This document shows, piece after piece, positions 28,718 to 39,163 of a stretch of 64,000 bases of DNA. The translations under genes were made by a program, and so were the position numbers. Source of the DNA: Candidatus Cloacimonadales bacterium (lineage in GTDB: Bacteria > Cloacimonadota > Cloacimonadia > Cloacimonadales > JAIOQZ01); assembly GCA_963674825.1 (NCBI GenBank), contig OY771587.1, positions 1,248,001 to 1,312,000 on the forward strand, in the 5' to 3' direction. Position 1 is the stretch's first letter; the number at the start of each line of letters is the position of its first letter. Below the pieces are notes generated by a model. That model had not been told where the DNA came from. It did not search any database and saw only the letters and a program-made list of their open reading frames with translations.

Positions 28718-30905
28718 AACGCTGCTGCAGGATTTAAATCCGCGTCAGCAGGAAGTAGTTCAGACAGTAGATGGACCGGTGCTCGTTCTTGCCGGCGCCG
28801 GAAGCGGGAAAACCCGATCCGTAATCTACCGTACAGCCTGGCTGATCCGCGAGAAAAGAGTCCATCCGAATCAGATACTGATCGTCACATTTACCAACAA
28901 GGCCGCTCGAGAGCTGCGCGATCGTCTCGAATCGACATTCCAGCTCCAGACACGCAACCTCTGGGTGGGAACCTTTCATAGTATTTGCAGCCGCATTCTG
29001 CGCTACGAAAGCGACAGCATGCCGTTCAATTCCAATTTTGTAATCTACGACGCCGACGACCAGAAGACGCTCGTCAAGCGCATCATGAAGCGGCTCGATA
29101 TTGATACGAAAGCTTTTCCTCCGGGTAAGGTTCACAACCTGATCAGTCGCAACAAAAACAACCTGATTCGTCCCGAGGATTTCTTTGAATTCCAGGACGA
29201 AAACGAATGGACGCGCACCTTCCACAAGATATTCGAAGCCTATACAAAGGATCTCCTGAAGAATAACGCACTCGATTTTGACGACCTGCTGCTACAAACC
29301 GCGTTTCTCTTCGACCAGAACGAGGATGTGCGACGAAAATACGCCAGCCAGTTCCGCTATATAATGATCGACGAGTATCAGGATACCAACTACGCGCAGT
29401 TCAAGCTCATCAATCTGCTGGCGAAGGATCACCAGAACCTCTGCGTTGTGGGAGACGACGACCAGGCAATCTACGGATGGCGCGGTGCGGATGTGGAAAA
29501 CATTCTGCGTTTCGAGAAGGACTACGGTTCGGTCAAGACCATCCGGCTGGAGCAGAACTATCGCTCCACACAGACTATTCTCGACCTCGCAAACTGCCTG
29601 ATTCGCAACAACGCAGACCGCCACGTTAAAGACCTCTGGAGTGATAAGGGCAAAGGTGAAACACCGAGCTTGAACATCTTCGAGGACGAACGAAAGGAAG
29701 CCCGGGCGATTGCAGATCGCGTAGATGAGATTCGCAACAAAGAAACGCTTTCAGATATCGCGGTGCTGTTCCGTACGAACGCGCAGTCACGCGTGCTGGA
29801 GCAAGAATTCGCAAAACGTCAGATCGCATACACCGTTGTCGGAGGCGTTAATTTCTTCCAGCGCAAGGAGATCAAGGACATCCTAAGCTACCTTCGCGTG
29901 CTGGTCAATCCCGACGATAGCGAAAGCCTGGTACGTATCATCAACAATCCACCGCGAAAGATCGGTAATACCACCATCGGGCGGCTGCTCGATTACGCAA
30001 TCAAGTACGAAGTGAATCTGTATCAAGCAGTACAGGAAGTGGAGCAGAATTCGCTTCTGGGCAAATCAGCCGCGCAACACGTGAAAGAATTCGCAAAGAT
30101 GATCGAAGGCTGGCGTGTGCTGGCCGAAAGCGAGCCGGTAGCGGACATGATCGAACGTGTTATAACCGAGTTGAACCTAATCGCGATTTACGAATCAACC
30201 GGAGACATCCAGGATGCGACCAGAGCCGACAACCTGAAAGAGCTCATGGCTGCTTCGCGCGATTATACCGAAGAGTTCTCCACAGAGACCGAAAATCCGC
30301 CGCTTTTGCTGGACTACCTGCAAAACGTCACGCTCCAGACCGACCTGGACACCGCGTCTGACGAACAGGGCGTCGTGCAGCTCATGACCATGCATAATGC
30401 CAAGGGGCTGGAGTTCGCGCATGTCATCATCTGTGGCATCTGCGACGGGTTGATTCCTCACCGGCTAAATCTCGATAGTGAGAAATTGCTTGAAGAGGAA
30501 CGGCGTTTGCTATATGTTGCCATTACCCGTGCGGAGCGTTCGCTGTGGTTGAGCTATAGCCGTTGGCGCAGGGAATATAACACCATCGAACCGATGATGC
30601 CAAGCCGGTTTCTGAAGGAGATGGACGAGGAATATCTGCAACTTGCAGGTTCCGATTTCTACGAGGTGAAGGCGAGTCCGACTCCCGTAACCTCTCGAAA
30701 AGATGTAAAAAAAGTGGACGTGATTCTCGAATCACAGAAATATTATAAAATAGGGCAGAAAGTCCTGCACAAGAACTTCGGCAGAGGAACGATCCTGAAC
30801 GTTGACGGCAGCGGAGAAAACGCCAAGCTGACCATTTCGTTCGAGAACGGAGCTCTGAAAAGGATTTTGGGAAACTTTGTGCAGACCGCCCCTAAGCAAA
30901 AGTGA
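28710..30905 (+). CDS. pcrA: ATP-dependent DNA helicase UvrD/PcrA
   Basis: AGAGSGKT, TFTNKAA, DEYQDTN, VGDDDQAIY, NYRST, MTMHNAKGLEF, EERRLLYVAITRA, C-terminal Tudor-like domain. Confidence 0.96.
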   Translation: MIKTLLQDLNPRQQEVVQTVDGPVLVLAGAGSGKTRSVIYRTAWLIREKRVHPNQILIVTFTNKAARELRDRLESTFQLQTRNLWVGTFHSICSRILRYESDSMPFNSNFVIYDADDQKTLVKRIMKRLDIDTKAFPPGKVHNLISRNKNNLIRPEDFFEFQDENEWTRTFHKIFEAYTKDLLKNNALDFDDLLLQTAFLFDQNEDVRRKYASQFRYIMIDEYQDTNYAQFKLINLLAKDHQNLCVVGDDDQAIYGWRGADVENILRFEKDYGSVKTIRLEQNYRSTQTILDLANCLIRNNADRHVKDLWSDKGKGETPSLNIFEDERKEARAIADRVDEIRNKETLSDIAVLFRTNAQSRVLEQEFAKRQIAYTVVGGVNFFQRKEIKDILSYLRVLVNPDDSESLVRIINNPPRKIGNTTIGRLLDYAIKYEVNLYQAVQEVEQNSLLGKSAAQHVKEFAKMIEGWRVLAESEPVADMIERVITELNLIAIYESTGDIQDATRADNLKELMAASRDYTEEFSTETENPPLLLDYLQNVTLQTDLDTASDEQGVVQLMTMHNAKGLEFAHVIICGICDGLIPHRLNLDSEKLLEEERRLLYVAITRAERSLWLSYSRWRREYNTIEPMMPSRFLKEMDEEYLQLAGSDFYEVKASPTPVTSRKDVKKVDVILESQKYYKIGQKVLHKNFGRGTILNVDGSGENAKLTISFENGALKRILGNFVQTAPKQK

Positions 30906-30960
30906 AACGATAATTTGGCATAGACGTTTTATTGTTAACGAAACGATAACGAGGTATGCG

Positions 30961-31914
30961 ATGAATGGGTTTACCAAATGGATGCTGATCCTGTCCGTGG
31001 TTGCTATAAGCACTGTCGCCCTGCACGCGGAGAAATATGCCGGTGAGATATTCCGGATGGGTGCTGGTGTACGCAACTACGCAATGGGCGGAACCGGCCT
31101 GACCGACGTGGATTCTCCCGCGCTGGCTTACTGGAACGCGTCCCTGCTGACAAAGAAACAGAACACGCGCATCGAGCTGATGCATGCCGAAGAGCTGGGT
31201 GAATTCCAGTACGACACCATTTCGGGTGTTGTCGGAACAGAGAATCCCTTCGCGATCGTCATCTCCAGAATTGGTATCGACGATATCCCACTGACGCGGA
31301 AAGAAAACGATGGCGACACCCTCTCGGCGAACAACCAACCCTACGAATACGATAGCGTAAACAACGCTGATTATATCATCTACGCAGGGTTTGCCACACA
31401 CGTCGGAAAGATTCCGTTGGGCGTGACCCCGAAGTTCGCTTACCGACTCCTTGCCGATCATAGCGGATACGGATTCGGCGCAGATCTCTCCACCTGGTAC
31501 GAGCCAACAAGTTACCTCATGCTCGGTGCAAAGCTGCGTGACTTCTTCAGCACGCAGATATTCTGGGAAAACGGGACACATGAGATCGTCAATCCGGGAC
31601 TCGACTTCGAAACCAATCTTCACTTCACCTTCCCCTGGATCAAACGACCGGTTAGCATCATCGCGGGATTTGAATCCTACTTCGAAGGACGGGATGAGAG
31701 CGCGACCACATCGCTGGGATTCATGAGCCTCGACTACCATGCTGGGCTCGCCATCCAGGCGCACGAAGTGGTCTCACTGTTCCTCGGCTACGATGTCGAA
31801 AACGTCACCGCCGGGCTTACATTGAGCCTCCTGCCGCTCGAGCTGCACTATGCATTCGAGCAAAATACCGAGCTGGAAGATTCGCACCGCGTTTCGCTGG
31901 GTCTTCAGTTCTGA
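30961..31914 (+). CDS. PorV/PorQ-like (UPF0164) outer-membrane beta-barrel
   Basis: Signal peptide; GAGVRNYAMGG...AYWNASLL N-terminal motif; GFGADL; ends HRVSLGLQF (beta signal). Confidence 0.75.
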   Translation: MNGFTKWMLILSVVAISTVALHAEKYAGEIFRMGAGVRNYAMGGTGLTDVDSPALAYWNASLLTKKQNTRIELMHAEELGEFQYDTISGVVGTENPFAIVISRIGIDDIPLTRKENDGDTLSANNQPYEYDSVNNADYIIYAGFATHVGKIPLGVTPKFAYRLLADHSGYGFGADLSTWYEPTSYLMLGAKLRDFFSTQIFWENGTHEIVNPGLDFETNLHFTFPWIKRPVSIIAGFESYFEGRDESATTSLGFMSLDYHAGLAIQAHEVVSLFLGYDVENVTAGLTLSLLPLELHYAFEQNTELEDSHRVSLGLQF

Positions 31915-31924
31915 TCGGAGATAC

Positions 31925-33061
31925 ATGAAGAAGAAAATCGCTATCCTCGGAGTCTCGGGCTCCATAGGAACTTCAACCATCGACGTTATTCGACATCATT
32001 GCGACCGGTTCGAAATCGCGATTGCCTCGACACATCGCAACCTCGATAATCTCACAAGCTTGACGCTTGAATTCGATATCCTTCATCCGGTAATCACCGA
32101 TAGCTCCCTCGACGGCATCCCGGAAGGAATGGCCAGAGGACAACAAGAACTTCTGGAGCTGATCCGTCACGCAGATTATGATATCATGCTCAATGCCGTA
32201 TCAGGCTCAGCAGGATTGATCTATACACACGAAGCCGTCAAACGAGGCAAGGACGTCGCCCTGGCAAACAAGGAATCGCTCGTCATGGCGGGACACCTTG
32301 TCACCGAGACATGCCGCGAGACCGGCGCGAAGCTGATCCCCGTAGATAGTGAGCACAGCGCGCTGTTCCAGGTTATCGGTGAAAGTCCGCGACGAGAAAT
32401 CGACCGTCTGATACTCACCGCTTCCGGTGGACCTTTCCGTACAATGCCTCTGGATCGTTTCGACAGCATAACGCCACAAGACGCGCTCAAGCATCCCACC
32501 TGGGACATGGGTGCTAAGGTAACCATCGATTCGGCCACTATGATGAATAAAGCGCTCGAGGTAATGGAAGCCCACTGGCTCTTTGGAATCCCCTACGAGC
32601 AGATCATTGCGTTAATTCATCCGCAATCGATAGTCCACTCGATGGTACAGTTTATCGACGGCTCCATCATCTCTCAGATGAGTGCACCATCCATGAAACT
32701 TCCGATCCTGTACGCACTCGGTTATCCTGAACGTGTGCAGTCCGATCTGGTCAAGACAAGCCTCTCAGACCTCGCGGAGCTGACCTTTCATCAAGTCGAG
32801 AGAGATCGCTACCCGATATTCTTCATGGCGCTCGATATTGCGCGTGAAGGAGGACTGCTACCAACTATCCTCAACGCCGCAAACGAAGCCGTGATCGAAC
32901 TATTCCTGAAGGGCACGATCAGCTACCGGCAACTCGTATCGATCCTGAGGAAATACATGGATCAATCACAGAACGTAGCGAATCCCAATATCGAGACCAT
33001 CCTCGAGACCAACCGTAACGTATATCACGAGGTAGCAGCCGATTATTCCCGTTGGCTGTAA
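31925..33061 (+). CDS. dxr: 1-deoxy-D-xylulose-5-phosphate reductoisomerase
   Basis: ILGVSGSIG, LANKESLV, PVDSEH, LTASGGPF, HPTWDMG, TIDSATMMNK. Confidence 0.97.
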   Translation: MKKKIAILGVSGSIGTSTIDVIRHHCDRFEIAIASTHRNLDNLTSLTLEFDILHPVITDSSLDGIPEGMARGQQELLELIRHADYDIMLNAVSGSAGLIYTHEAVKRGKDVALANKESLVMAGHLVTETCRETGAKLIPVDSEHSALFQVIGESPRREIDRLILTASGGPFRTMPLDRFDSITPQDALKHPTWDMGAKVTIDSATMMNKALEVMEAHWLFGIPYEQIIALIHPQSIVHSMVQFIDGSIISQMSAPSMKLPILYALGYPERVQSDLVKTSLSDLAELTFHQVERDRYPIFFMALDIAREGGLLPTILNAANEAVIELFLKGTISYRQLVSILRKYMDQSQNVANPNIETILETNRNVYHEVAADYSRWL

Positions 33062-33210
33062 TAGCGGGGTATTCACCTGAACGGCATGAATCATTTTCAT
33101 ATAATCAAGCACACAACTTCTCGGATAGCATGGCCTTGCCTGCCTATGCTTCTTTTCTTGACAGATTATTCGGCACATGGAAGCTGACCAATCATAAAAG
33201 AGGTTAACGA

Positions 33211-34392
33211 ATGAACGTCAAACAACTTGATCTGCTTGATATCCTGGAAATTCTCGCCAGGCATAAAAAGTTCATCTCGATCTTTGTTCTGATCGCGAGT
33301 ATCGCGGTTGTGATCTATGTATTAGTCGTTCCCAAATACTGGGAGTCCACTGCCGTAATCTATCCCATGGATGCCACAGACACAAGCATGCTGACATCGC
33401 TTTTGGGAGGATATGCGTCCATGTTGGGGGGATCTTCTCTCGAACAGGGCGAGCTGGTCGCGATCATGACATCGCGCAGTTTCGGGTATAAGATCATCGA
33501 TAAATTCGATGTCATCAACATGCTCGAAATCGAAGAACCTGATTCACTGATGGCGCTGGACATGGCATATCGCCTGCTTTACGAAGTCATTTTCAATATC
33601 TATTACGATATCGATACCGGATTCATTTACATCAATGCCGAGACGAAAGACAACAAGCTTTCCGCCGAAATGGCCAACTACGTTGTTGATCAGCTCGATC
33701 AGTATAACCGTTTCGAACGTCGCTCACAAGGTAGAGACAAGCGTATGTTCATCGAAGAACGCCTGAAAGAGATCGAAATCGAGATGGATTCCATCGCAAC
33801 GCAGATCCAGGCATTCCAGGAAGAAAATAAAATCTTCGACACCTCCAGTCAGGTGTCAGGTATTCTCGGAGTCTATACCGAATTATCATCCAAGCTTTTC
33901 GAGATCGAGCTTCAGCTCGATTACATGCATGAGTACGACCGTAAGAACGATCCCGCGTCGCAATCATTGATGGAACAAAAGCGTGTGCTGACTCGTAAAC
34001 TCCGCGAAATGGAAAGTGGAACAGTCGAATCAGACGGCAGTTCGTATCTGATCGCACTGAACTCCCTGCCCGAGAAAATGCGGAAGTATGCCGAACTTAA
34101 GATGCGCATGGAGCTGCTGAAAACAACCTATTCGTACCTGCTCCCGGAATACGAGAGCGCGAAGATCGAAGAAATCCGCGATCTCCCGACCATCCAGATC
34201 ATCGATAAAGCGCATGTCACCGGGATGAGAACCAAGCCGAAACGCGGCCTGACCTGTGTTTTGGTATTCATGGCGGCCCTGCTTTTTGCCTGTGTAGTCT
34301 CGATTCTACACGGTATTATCGACGAAGATATCAAGAAACGGCTGATAAAGATCTTCAGGATTCTCCTGCATGGAAAACGAGCTGAGGAATAA
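33211..34392 (+). CDS. Polysaccharide chain-length determinant (Wzz/GumC family)
   Basis: N- and C-terminal TM helices, coiled coil, IQIIDKA..KPKR. Confidence 0.85.
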   Translation: MNVKQLDLLDILEILARHKKFISIFVLIASIAVVIYVLVVPKYWESTAVIYPMDATDTSMLTSLLGGYASMLGGSSLEQGELVAIMTSRSFGYKIIDKFDVINMLEIEEPDSLMALDMAYRLLYEVIFNIYYDIDTGFIYINAETKDNKLSAEMANYVVDQLDQYNRFERRSQGRDKRMFIEERLKEIEIEMDSIATQIQAFQEENKIFDTSSQVSGILGVYTELSSKLFEIELQLDYMHEYDRKNDPASQSLMEQKRVLTRKLREMESGTVESDGSSYLIALNSLPEKMRKYAELKMRMELLKTTYSYLLPEYESAKIEEIRDLPTIQIIDKAHVTGMRTKPKRGLTCVLVFMAALLFACVVSILHGIIDEDIKKRLIKIFRILLHGKRAEE

Positions 34393-35689
34393 ACCGGACA
34401 TACTTACCCGGCTCCTTTACGCCATCACATTCACGTATTTTTCGTACAGCTTCATGCTATCGTTTTTCCACTATGGAAAGCTGATCAGAGTGAATCTGCT
34501 GATCGGAATGGTGATCGCGATCGCCTTTATGGTCGTCAAACTCGCCCGGCACGAGAAGTTTCGTCTCGCGCTATCCACACTTGCAGTCATCCTGATATTG
34601 ATCATTTGGATTTCGTACGCGCTGGTCAGTGTCCTTTGGGCTATCGACAAAGATAAAGCCTTCCTCAATGGATTCTTCTATTTCGGATACCTTGCGTTTA
34701 TCCTGCTGTCGGTGCTTCTCATCGACCGGAAAAAATACGCATGGAGACTGCTCTACGTCCTGAATTTCGTTCTGGTCGTTTACATCATCATCGCCTGTTG
34801 GGAAATGATCACGTTCAATCACCTACCCTACTCCAGCGTTCTTCAGCTCGATACGTACCCATTTGTTCCAAATGGTCCATTTTTCAACGTGAACGACTTC
34901 GCCTCGGCAATCATGCTGCTGACACCCTTCATGTATGTACTGGTAAAAGCGAAGAACAATCGAATAATCAATATACTGGCTTTTATCGTATCAATTCTGG
35001 TTTTTGTAACTATGCTGCTGGAAGGGGCTCGTCTCAGTTTGATCGTGTTTCTTGGGGAAGCGCTGATATTCTACGTTTTTTTCGTAAATTGGAAGTCCAA
35101 GATTGTCATCGCTGCCTGGATAGCGATCATTGTAATTGGACTCATTCATATGTATCCACGAGAGTTCCGATTCGCGTCGTCCTTCCTTCGCAAGGAGTTC
35201 ACCTCGATCGCGCAGGAAAGCGATAGCTATCAGCTCGAATCGATTCAAGCACGTGTCAATCTGATGAAGCATGCGCTGGAGATCACCGATGAAGCACATT
35301 ACATGGGAATTGGACCCGGTAACTTCCATCGGAGGATGCGATCGGATCGCATGCTGGACACAAATCACATCACCATCACGCATAACTATTTTCTGGAAAA
35401 ACTCGCAACAGATGGAATAGGAGCGTTCCTGTTCCTCATTGCACTGGTCGGATACCTGATAATCGGCAACTTCTACTATGCGATCAAGATTAAAACCCGG
35501 GATCGCTGGCTATACATGGGTTACGGCTCAGGAATCGTAATGTTCTTTGTCGCAGCTTCGATTCCAAGCTCGATCAACAACCATTTCTTCTATTGGGTTG
35601 TGCTTGGCGGAGCACTCGCGCTGCTCAATATCACGCATGTTCAACAGGCAGAAAATACATCATCATCATCTGAATCTGCAACCAATTAA
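34370..35689 (+). CDS. O-antigen ligase / Wzy-like polymerase
   Basis: Multi-TM; FFNVNDF, GAR, GIGPGNF, HNYFLE...G. Confidence 0.85.
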   Translation: MENELRNKPDILTRLLYAITFTYFSYSFMLSFFHYGKLIRVNLLIGMVIAIAFMVVKLARHEKFRLALSTLAVILILIIWISYALVSVLWAIDKDKAFLNGFFYFGYLAFILLSVLLIDRKKYAWRLLYVLNFVLVVYIIIACWEMITFNHLPYSSVLQLDTYPFVPNGPFFNVNDFASAIMLLTPFMYVLVKAKNNRIINILAFIVSILVFVTMLLEGARLSLIVFLGEALIFYVFFVNWKSKIVIAAWIAIIVIGLIHMYPREFRFASSFLRKEFTSIAQESDSYQLESIQARVNLMKHALEITDEAHYMGIGPGNFHRRMRSDRMLDTNHITITHNYFLEKLATDGIGAFLFLIALVGYLIIGNFYYAIKIKTRDRWLYMGYGSGIVMFFVAASIPSSINNHFFYWVVLGGALALLNITHVQQAENTSSSSESATN

Positions 35690-35885
35690 TCTGTAATCTT
35701 AATTAAATCGTTTTTTCATTTGCCAGAATTATTCAAATCTGTTACAGGGGCAATAAGGGAAATGTAGCAGCTTCCGCTTTGAGAAACACGATTCTTATTC
35801 GGAGACTGTATCCGGAAAACGGTGCCTAGTTGTGTCAATATAGAGGAACCGTTTGAAGTGGAAATCCACATCACAGGAGGAAATG

Positions 35886-37328
35886 GTGAATTTTGCAGCA
35901 ATCGCAATGGAAAAAGCAAAGTCACTCGGCGCGAGCTACGCGGACATACGTATCCAGCATTCGCAGACCGAAATGATCTACCTGCGCAACCTCAGCCTTA
36001 AAAACACGATGAACTCTGTTAAATACGGCTATGGAATCAGGGTACTGAAAAACGGTGCCTGGGGATTTGCGCACAACAACATATTCACAGACGAAGCGGT
36101 AGCCGAGACAACGATGAAAGCAGTTGAAATCGCCGAAGCCTCCGCACGCGTAAAAGTAGGCGATGGAATCCAATTGGCCTACGAACGCGGATATATCGAC
36201 ACGTTCAAGACGAAGGTCGAGAAGGATCCATTCAAGATCCCGCTCCAGGACAAAGTCGAGATGATGCTGGAAGTCAACCGCGCGCTCATGAACTACGAAC
36301 AGATCAGGCAGGCGGTGTTCATCATTCGCGCCGAGACCAATCATAAGCAGATCGTCTCCACGCTCGGAACCGATCTGGACATACAAACAACACACATGGC
36401 GCCGATGCTTTATGCTACAGCCGTTGCAAACAGTGACAGCCAGGCGAGAATGTACCACGTTGGTGGCAGAAATATGGGCTGGGAAATGATAGACCAGATG
36501 GACTTTCCTGGAAACGCTGCGCGCGTGGCGGAAGAAGCGATTCAGAAGTGCTATGCCGGCGAACTTGGACCGGAAACGCGTCGCGACCTCCTGCTGGATC
36601 CCATGCACCTCTCCCTCACCATGCACGAATCGGTGGGACATCCGACCGAGCTCGACCGCGTACTGGGCTGGGAAGCCGACTTCGCAGGTATCTCCTTCGC
36701 AACGCCAGAAAAGCTCAAGAATTACCGTTACGGCTCTGAGATTGTCAACTTCTTCGGCGATAACACGCTCGAAGCGGGGCTTGCCACCGCAGGTTACGAT
36801 GACGACGGTGTACCTGGCCAAAAATGGCATATCATCAAGGATGGTATCCTCAATGAATATGGAACCACCCGCGACACCGCCATGCAGATCGGTGAGAAGA
36901 TGAGTCGTGGATGCGCACGCGCAACCTACTACTACGACTTCCCTATCAATCGCATCCCGAACCTCTACCTCGCGCCCGGCAAGAAGGAACTCACGCCGCA
37001 ACAACTGATCTCGGATACCGAAGATGGCGTTTACATTGAAGGGCAGGGCTCTTTCTCGATCGACCAGCATCGCGTCAACTTCCAGTTTGGCGGCGATATG
37101 TTCTGGGAAATCAAGAACGGGAAAAAACACCGTATGCTGAAAAAGGTTATCTATCGCTCGAACAATCCCGAATTCTGGAACAGCTGCGACGCTATCTGCG
37201 ATGACCGTTTCTTCCAGACCTTCGGCATTGTGAACTGCGGTAAAGGACAACCCAGCCAGTCAGCTCGCATGACCCACGGAGCCTCGCTTGCACGGTTCCG
37301 GAAAATCCGCGTAGGAGGTTCCCAATGA
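35886..37328 (+). CDS. tldD: TldD metalloprotease
   Basis: GIRVLKNGAWGFA, HESVGHPTE, YDDDG, CGKGQP; GGAGG RBS at 35876 (start GTG 35886 or ATG 35883). Confidence 0.9.
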   Translation: MNFAAIAMEKAKSLGASYADIRIQHSQTEMIYLRNLSLKNTMNSVKYGYGIRVLKNGAWGFAHNNIFTDEAVAETTMKAVEIAEASARVKVGDGIQLAYERGYIDTFKTKVEKDPFKIPLQDKVEMMLEVNRALMNYEQIRQAVFIIRAETNHKQIVSTLGTDLDIQTTHMAPMLYATAVANSDSQARMYHVGGRNMGWEMIDQMDFPGNAARVAEEAIQKCYAGELGPETRRDLLLDPMHLSLTMHESVGHPTELDRVLGWEADFAGISFATPEKLKNYRYGSEIVNFFGDNTLEAGLATAGYDDDGVPGQKWHIIKDGILNEYGTTRDTAMQIGEKMSRGCARATYYYDFPINRIPNLYLAPGKKELTPQQLISDTEDGVYIEGQGSFSIDQHRVNFQFGGDMFWEIKNGKKHRMLKKVIYRSNNPEFWNSCDAICDDRFFQTFGIVNCGKGQPSQSARMTHGASLARFRKIRVGGSQ

Positions 37329-38611
37329 GCGACAACAGATTCAAAGAAAAAGCAGCAGAATATATCCGTAAACACTGCAAAGCCGACGATTACTCGTTCC
37401 AGTTCAATCAAACCGACTCGCACGAGACCCGCTTTGCGCAAAACATGATCACGCAGCACATGAACGGCAGCAAATATTCGATCGTTCTTGAAGTGGCCTT
37501 CGGCAATAAAACCGGTACTGCGGTAGTCAACCAACCAGACGAAGAGCATCTGCAATACCTGATTGATACTGCCGAACAAATGGCTATACTCAATCAGCCC
37601 GATCCCGAACACATGCCCAGCCAGACACAGCAGAAGCTTCCGGATGTTAATAATTACTCCGACGCAACCGCAGCCCTCAGCACGGACGACATGGTTTCAG
37701 TTGTGCATAAGTGCGTGGCGAATGCCAATAAAATCGACGCGAAGATTTCCGGTATGACATCACGCCATGTCGATCACAGCTACATGATCACAAAAAACGG
37801 CTTCGAGGGAGAAGACCGAGGAACGTCGTTCGAGCATTCAATGACCATGAAACGCGGCGAGGTGGAAACGAAAATCTCGCGCGGTGTAAAAGACTTCGCC
37901 TGCTACAGCATCGAGAGCGAGATCGATCGACTGAACAACCAGTTCTCGTCCCTATCGAAACCACAACCCATTCAGCCCGGAAAATACCCGGTTATCCTTC
38001 GTTCGCAAGCCGTTGATAACTTCTACCAGTTCCTGGGATACATGATGGATCTTCGGAGTGCCGATGAAGGTACATCCGCATTTTCGGATCAGATAGGGAA
38101 GCAGTTTTTCGGTAAGGATTTCACCCTGCGCTCTACCATCGGCGATCCAGATTTGCATGCTCCGCGCTACGACTACGAAGGCGCTCCCTCCAGAGAAACC
38201 TACTGGGTGCGCAACGGCATGCTCGAAAACATGCCTGTATCCCGTTACTACGCGAATCAAAAAGGAATCGAACCCTGCACGGCATACAATATGCTGATTG
38301 AGGGCGGAAACGCCACCGAAGAAGAGATGATGAAGATCGCAGGCAGCGGCATCATTGTCAACCACCTCTGGTATATCCGGTTCGTGAACGCCAAACGCGG
38401 CGAACTTACCGGCATGACTCGAGATGGCGTCCTGTGGTTTGAAGACGGCAAGATCAAGCATCCGATCGTCAACCTCCGCTTCAACGAAGTGATTTACGAA
38501 TCGACCCGCCGAATCATGGCGCTTGGGAAGCCCGAAGTGCAGTCGCCCTACTCGAAGGTGCCGACCATGCTGATCGATGGATTCAATTTCGTCGATACAA
38601 CATCGTTTTAA
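37325..38611 (+). CDS. TldE/PmbA-family protein
   Basis: TRFAQN.ITQ, PGKYPVIL, LWYIR, TGMTRDG, NLRFNE; overlaps tldD by ATGA. Confidence 0.88.
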   Translation: MSDNRFKEKAAEYIRKHCKADDYSFQFNQTDSHETRFAQNMITQHMNGSKYSIVLEVAFGNKTGTAVVNQPDEEHLQYLIDTAEQMAILNQPDPEHMPSQTQQKLPDVNNYSDATAALSTDDMVSVVHKCVANANKIDAKISGMTSRHVDHSYMITKNGFEGEDRGTSFEHSMTMKRGEVETKISRGVKDFACYSIESEIDRLNNQFSSLSKPQPIQPGKYPVILRSQAVDNFYQFLGYMMDLRSADEGTSAFSDQIGKQFFGKDFTLRSTIGDPDLHAPRYDYEGAPSRETYWVRNGMLENMPVSRYYANQKGIEPCTAYNMLIEGGNATEEEMMKIAGSGIIVNHLWYIRFVNAKRGELTGMTRDGVLWFEDGKIKHPIVNLRFNEVIYESTRRIMALGKPEVQSPYSKVPTMLIDGFNFVDTTSF

Positions 38612-38624
38612 CGGTATTCCCTGT

Positions 38625-38668
38625 TCCCCTTCTCCTGCTTGCGGGAGAAGGGGTTAGGGGATGAGGGT
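38625..38668 (+). repeat. REP-like element with GGGGATGAGGG tail
   Basis: CCCCTTCTCC-TGCTTGCG-GGAGAAGGGG-TTAGGGGATGAGGG. Confidence 0.7.
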
Positions 38669-38692
38669 CTTTACATAAACGGAGATAGTACC

Positions 38693-39079
38693 ATGATAAC
38701 AGATGAACAACTCATCGAGAAAGCGAAAGAGGCGTCCAAGAACGCCTACGCACCGTATTCCGGATTCAGGATCGGCGCAGCGCTGCTCTCGACAAAAGGG
38801 AACGTCTATGTCGGCTGCAACGTGGAAAATGCGTCCTATTCGCTGACCATCTGCGCCGAGCGTAGCGCGGTATTCAAAGCCATTACCTGGGGTGACCGTG
38901 AGTTCACCAAGATTGCGATCTATGCTGACACAAACGAGTTCTTCCCGCCTTGTGGCGCATGCCGTCAGGTGCTTTCGGAGTTTGCGACAGAACTCCGCAT
39001 CATCATGGCAAACAACGACCGCGTAGAGGTTTCCACGCTCGACCACCTCCTGCCGATGCAGTTCAAGCTCGAAGAATAA
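38693..39079 (+). CDS. cdd: Cytidine deaminase
   Basis: AYAPYSGF, GCNVENASY, CAER, PCGACRQ; GGAG before ATG 38693. Confidence 0.96.
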   Translation: MITDEQLIEKAKEASKNAYAPYSGFRIGAALLSTKGNVYVGCNVENASYSLTICAERSAVFKAITWGDREFTKIAIYADTNEFFPPCGACRQVLSEFATELRIIMANNDRVEVSTLDHLLPMQFKLEE

Positions 39080-39100
39080 TTATTTCGCAACACATAATAT

Positions 39101-39128
39101 TTGACAGTGTGAAATATTTTTGTATCTT
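39101..39128 (+). promoter_or_regulatory. Sigma70-type promoter TTGACA-16-TATCTT
   Basis: Perfect -35 and TAnnnT -10 upstream of trxB. Confidence 0.6.
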
Positions 39129-39163
39129 GTCTCCGAAATGAGATTAAGATCTATGGAGGAACC

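Noticed and set aside
35690..35880. Riboswitch upstream of tldD
   Set aside because: Short hairpins and a faint SAM-I-like GGTGCC exist, but the core consensus of SAM, TPP, cobalamin or c-di-GMP switches is absent.
35886..38611. RiPP biosynthetic cluster around tldD/E
   Set aside because: No precursor peptide, YcaO or radical SAM gene nearby; flanked by housekeeping genes.
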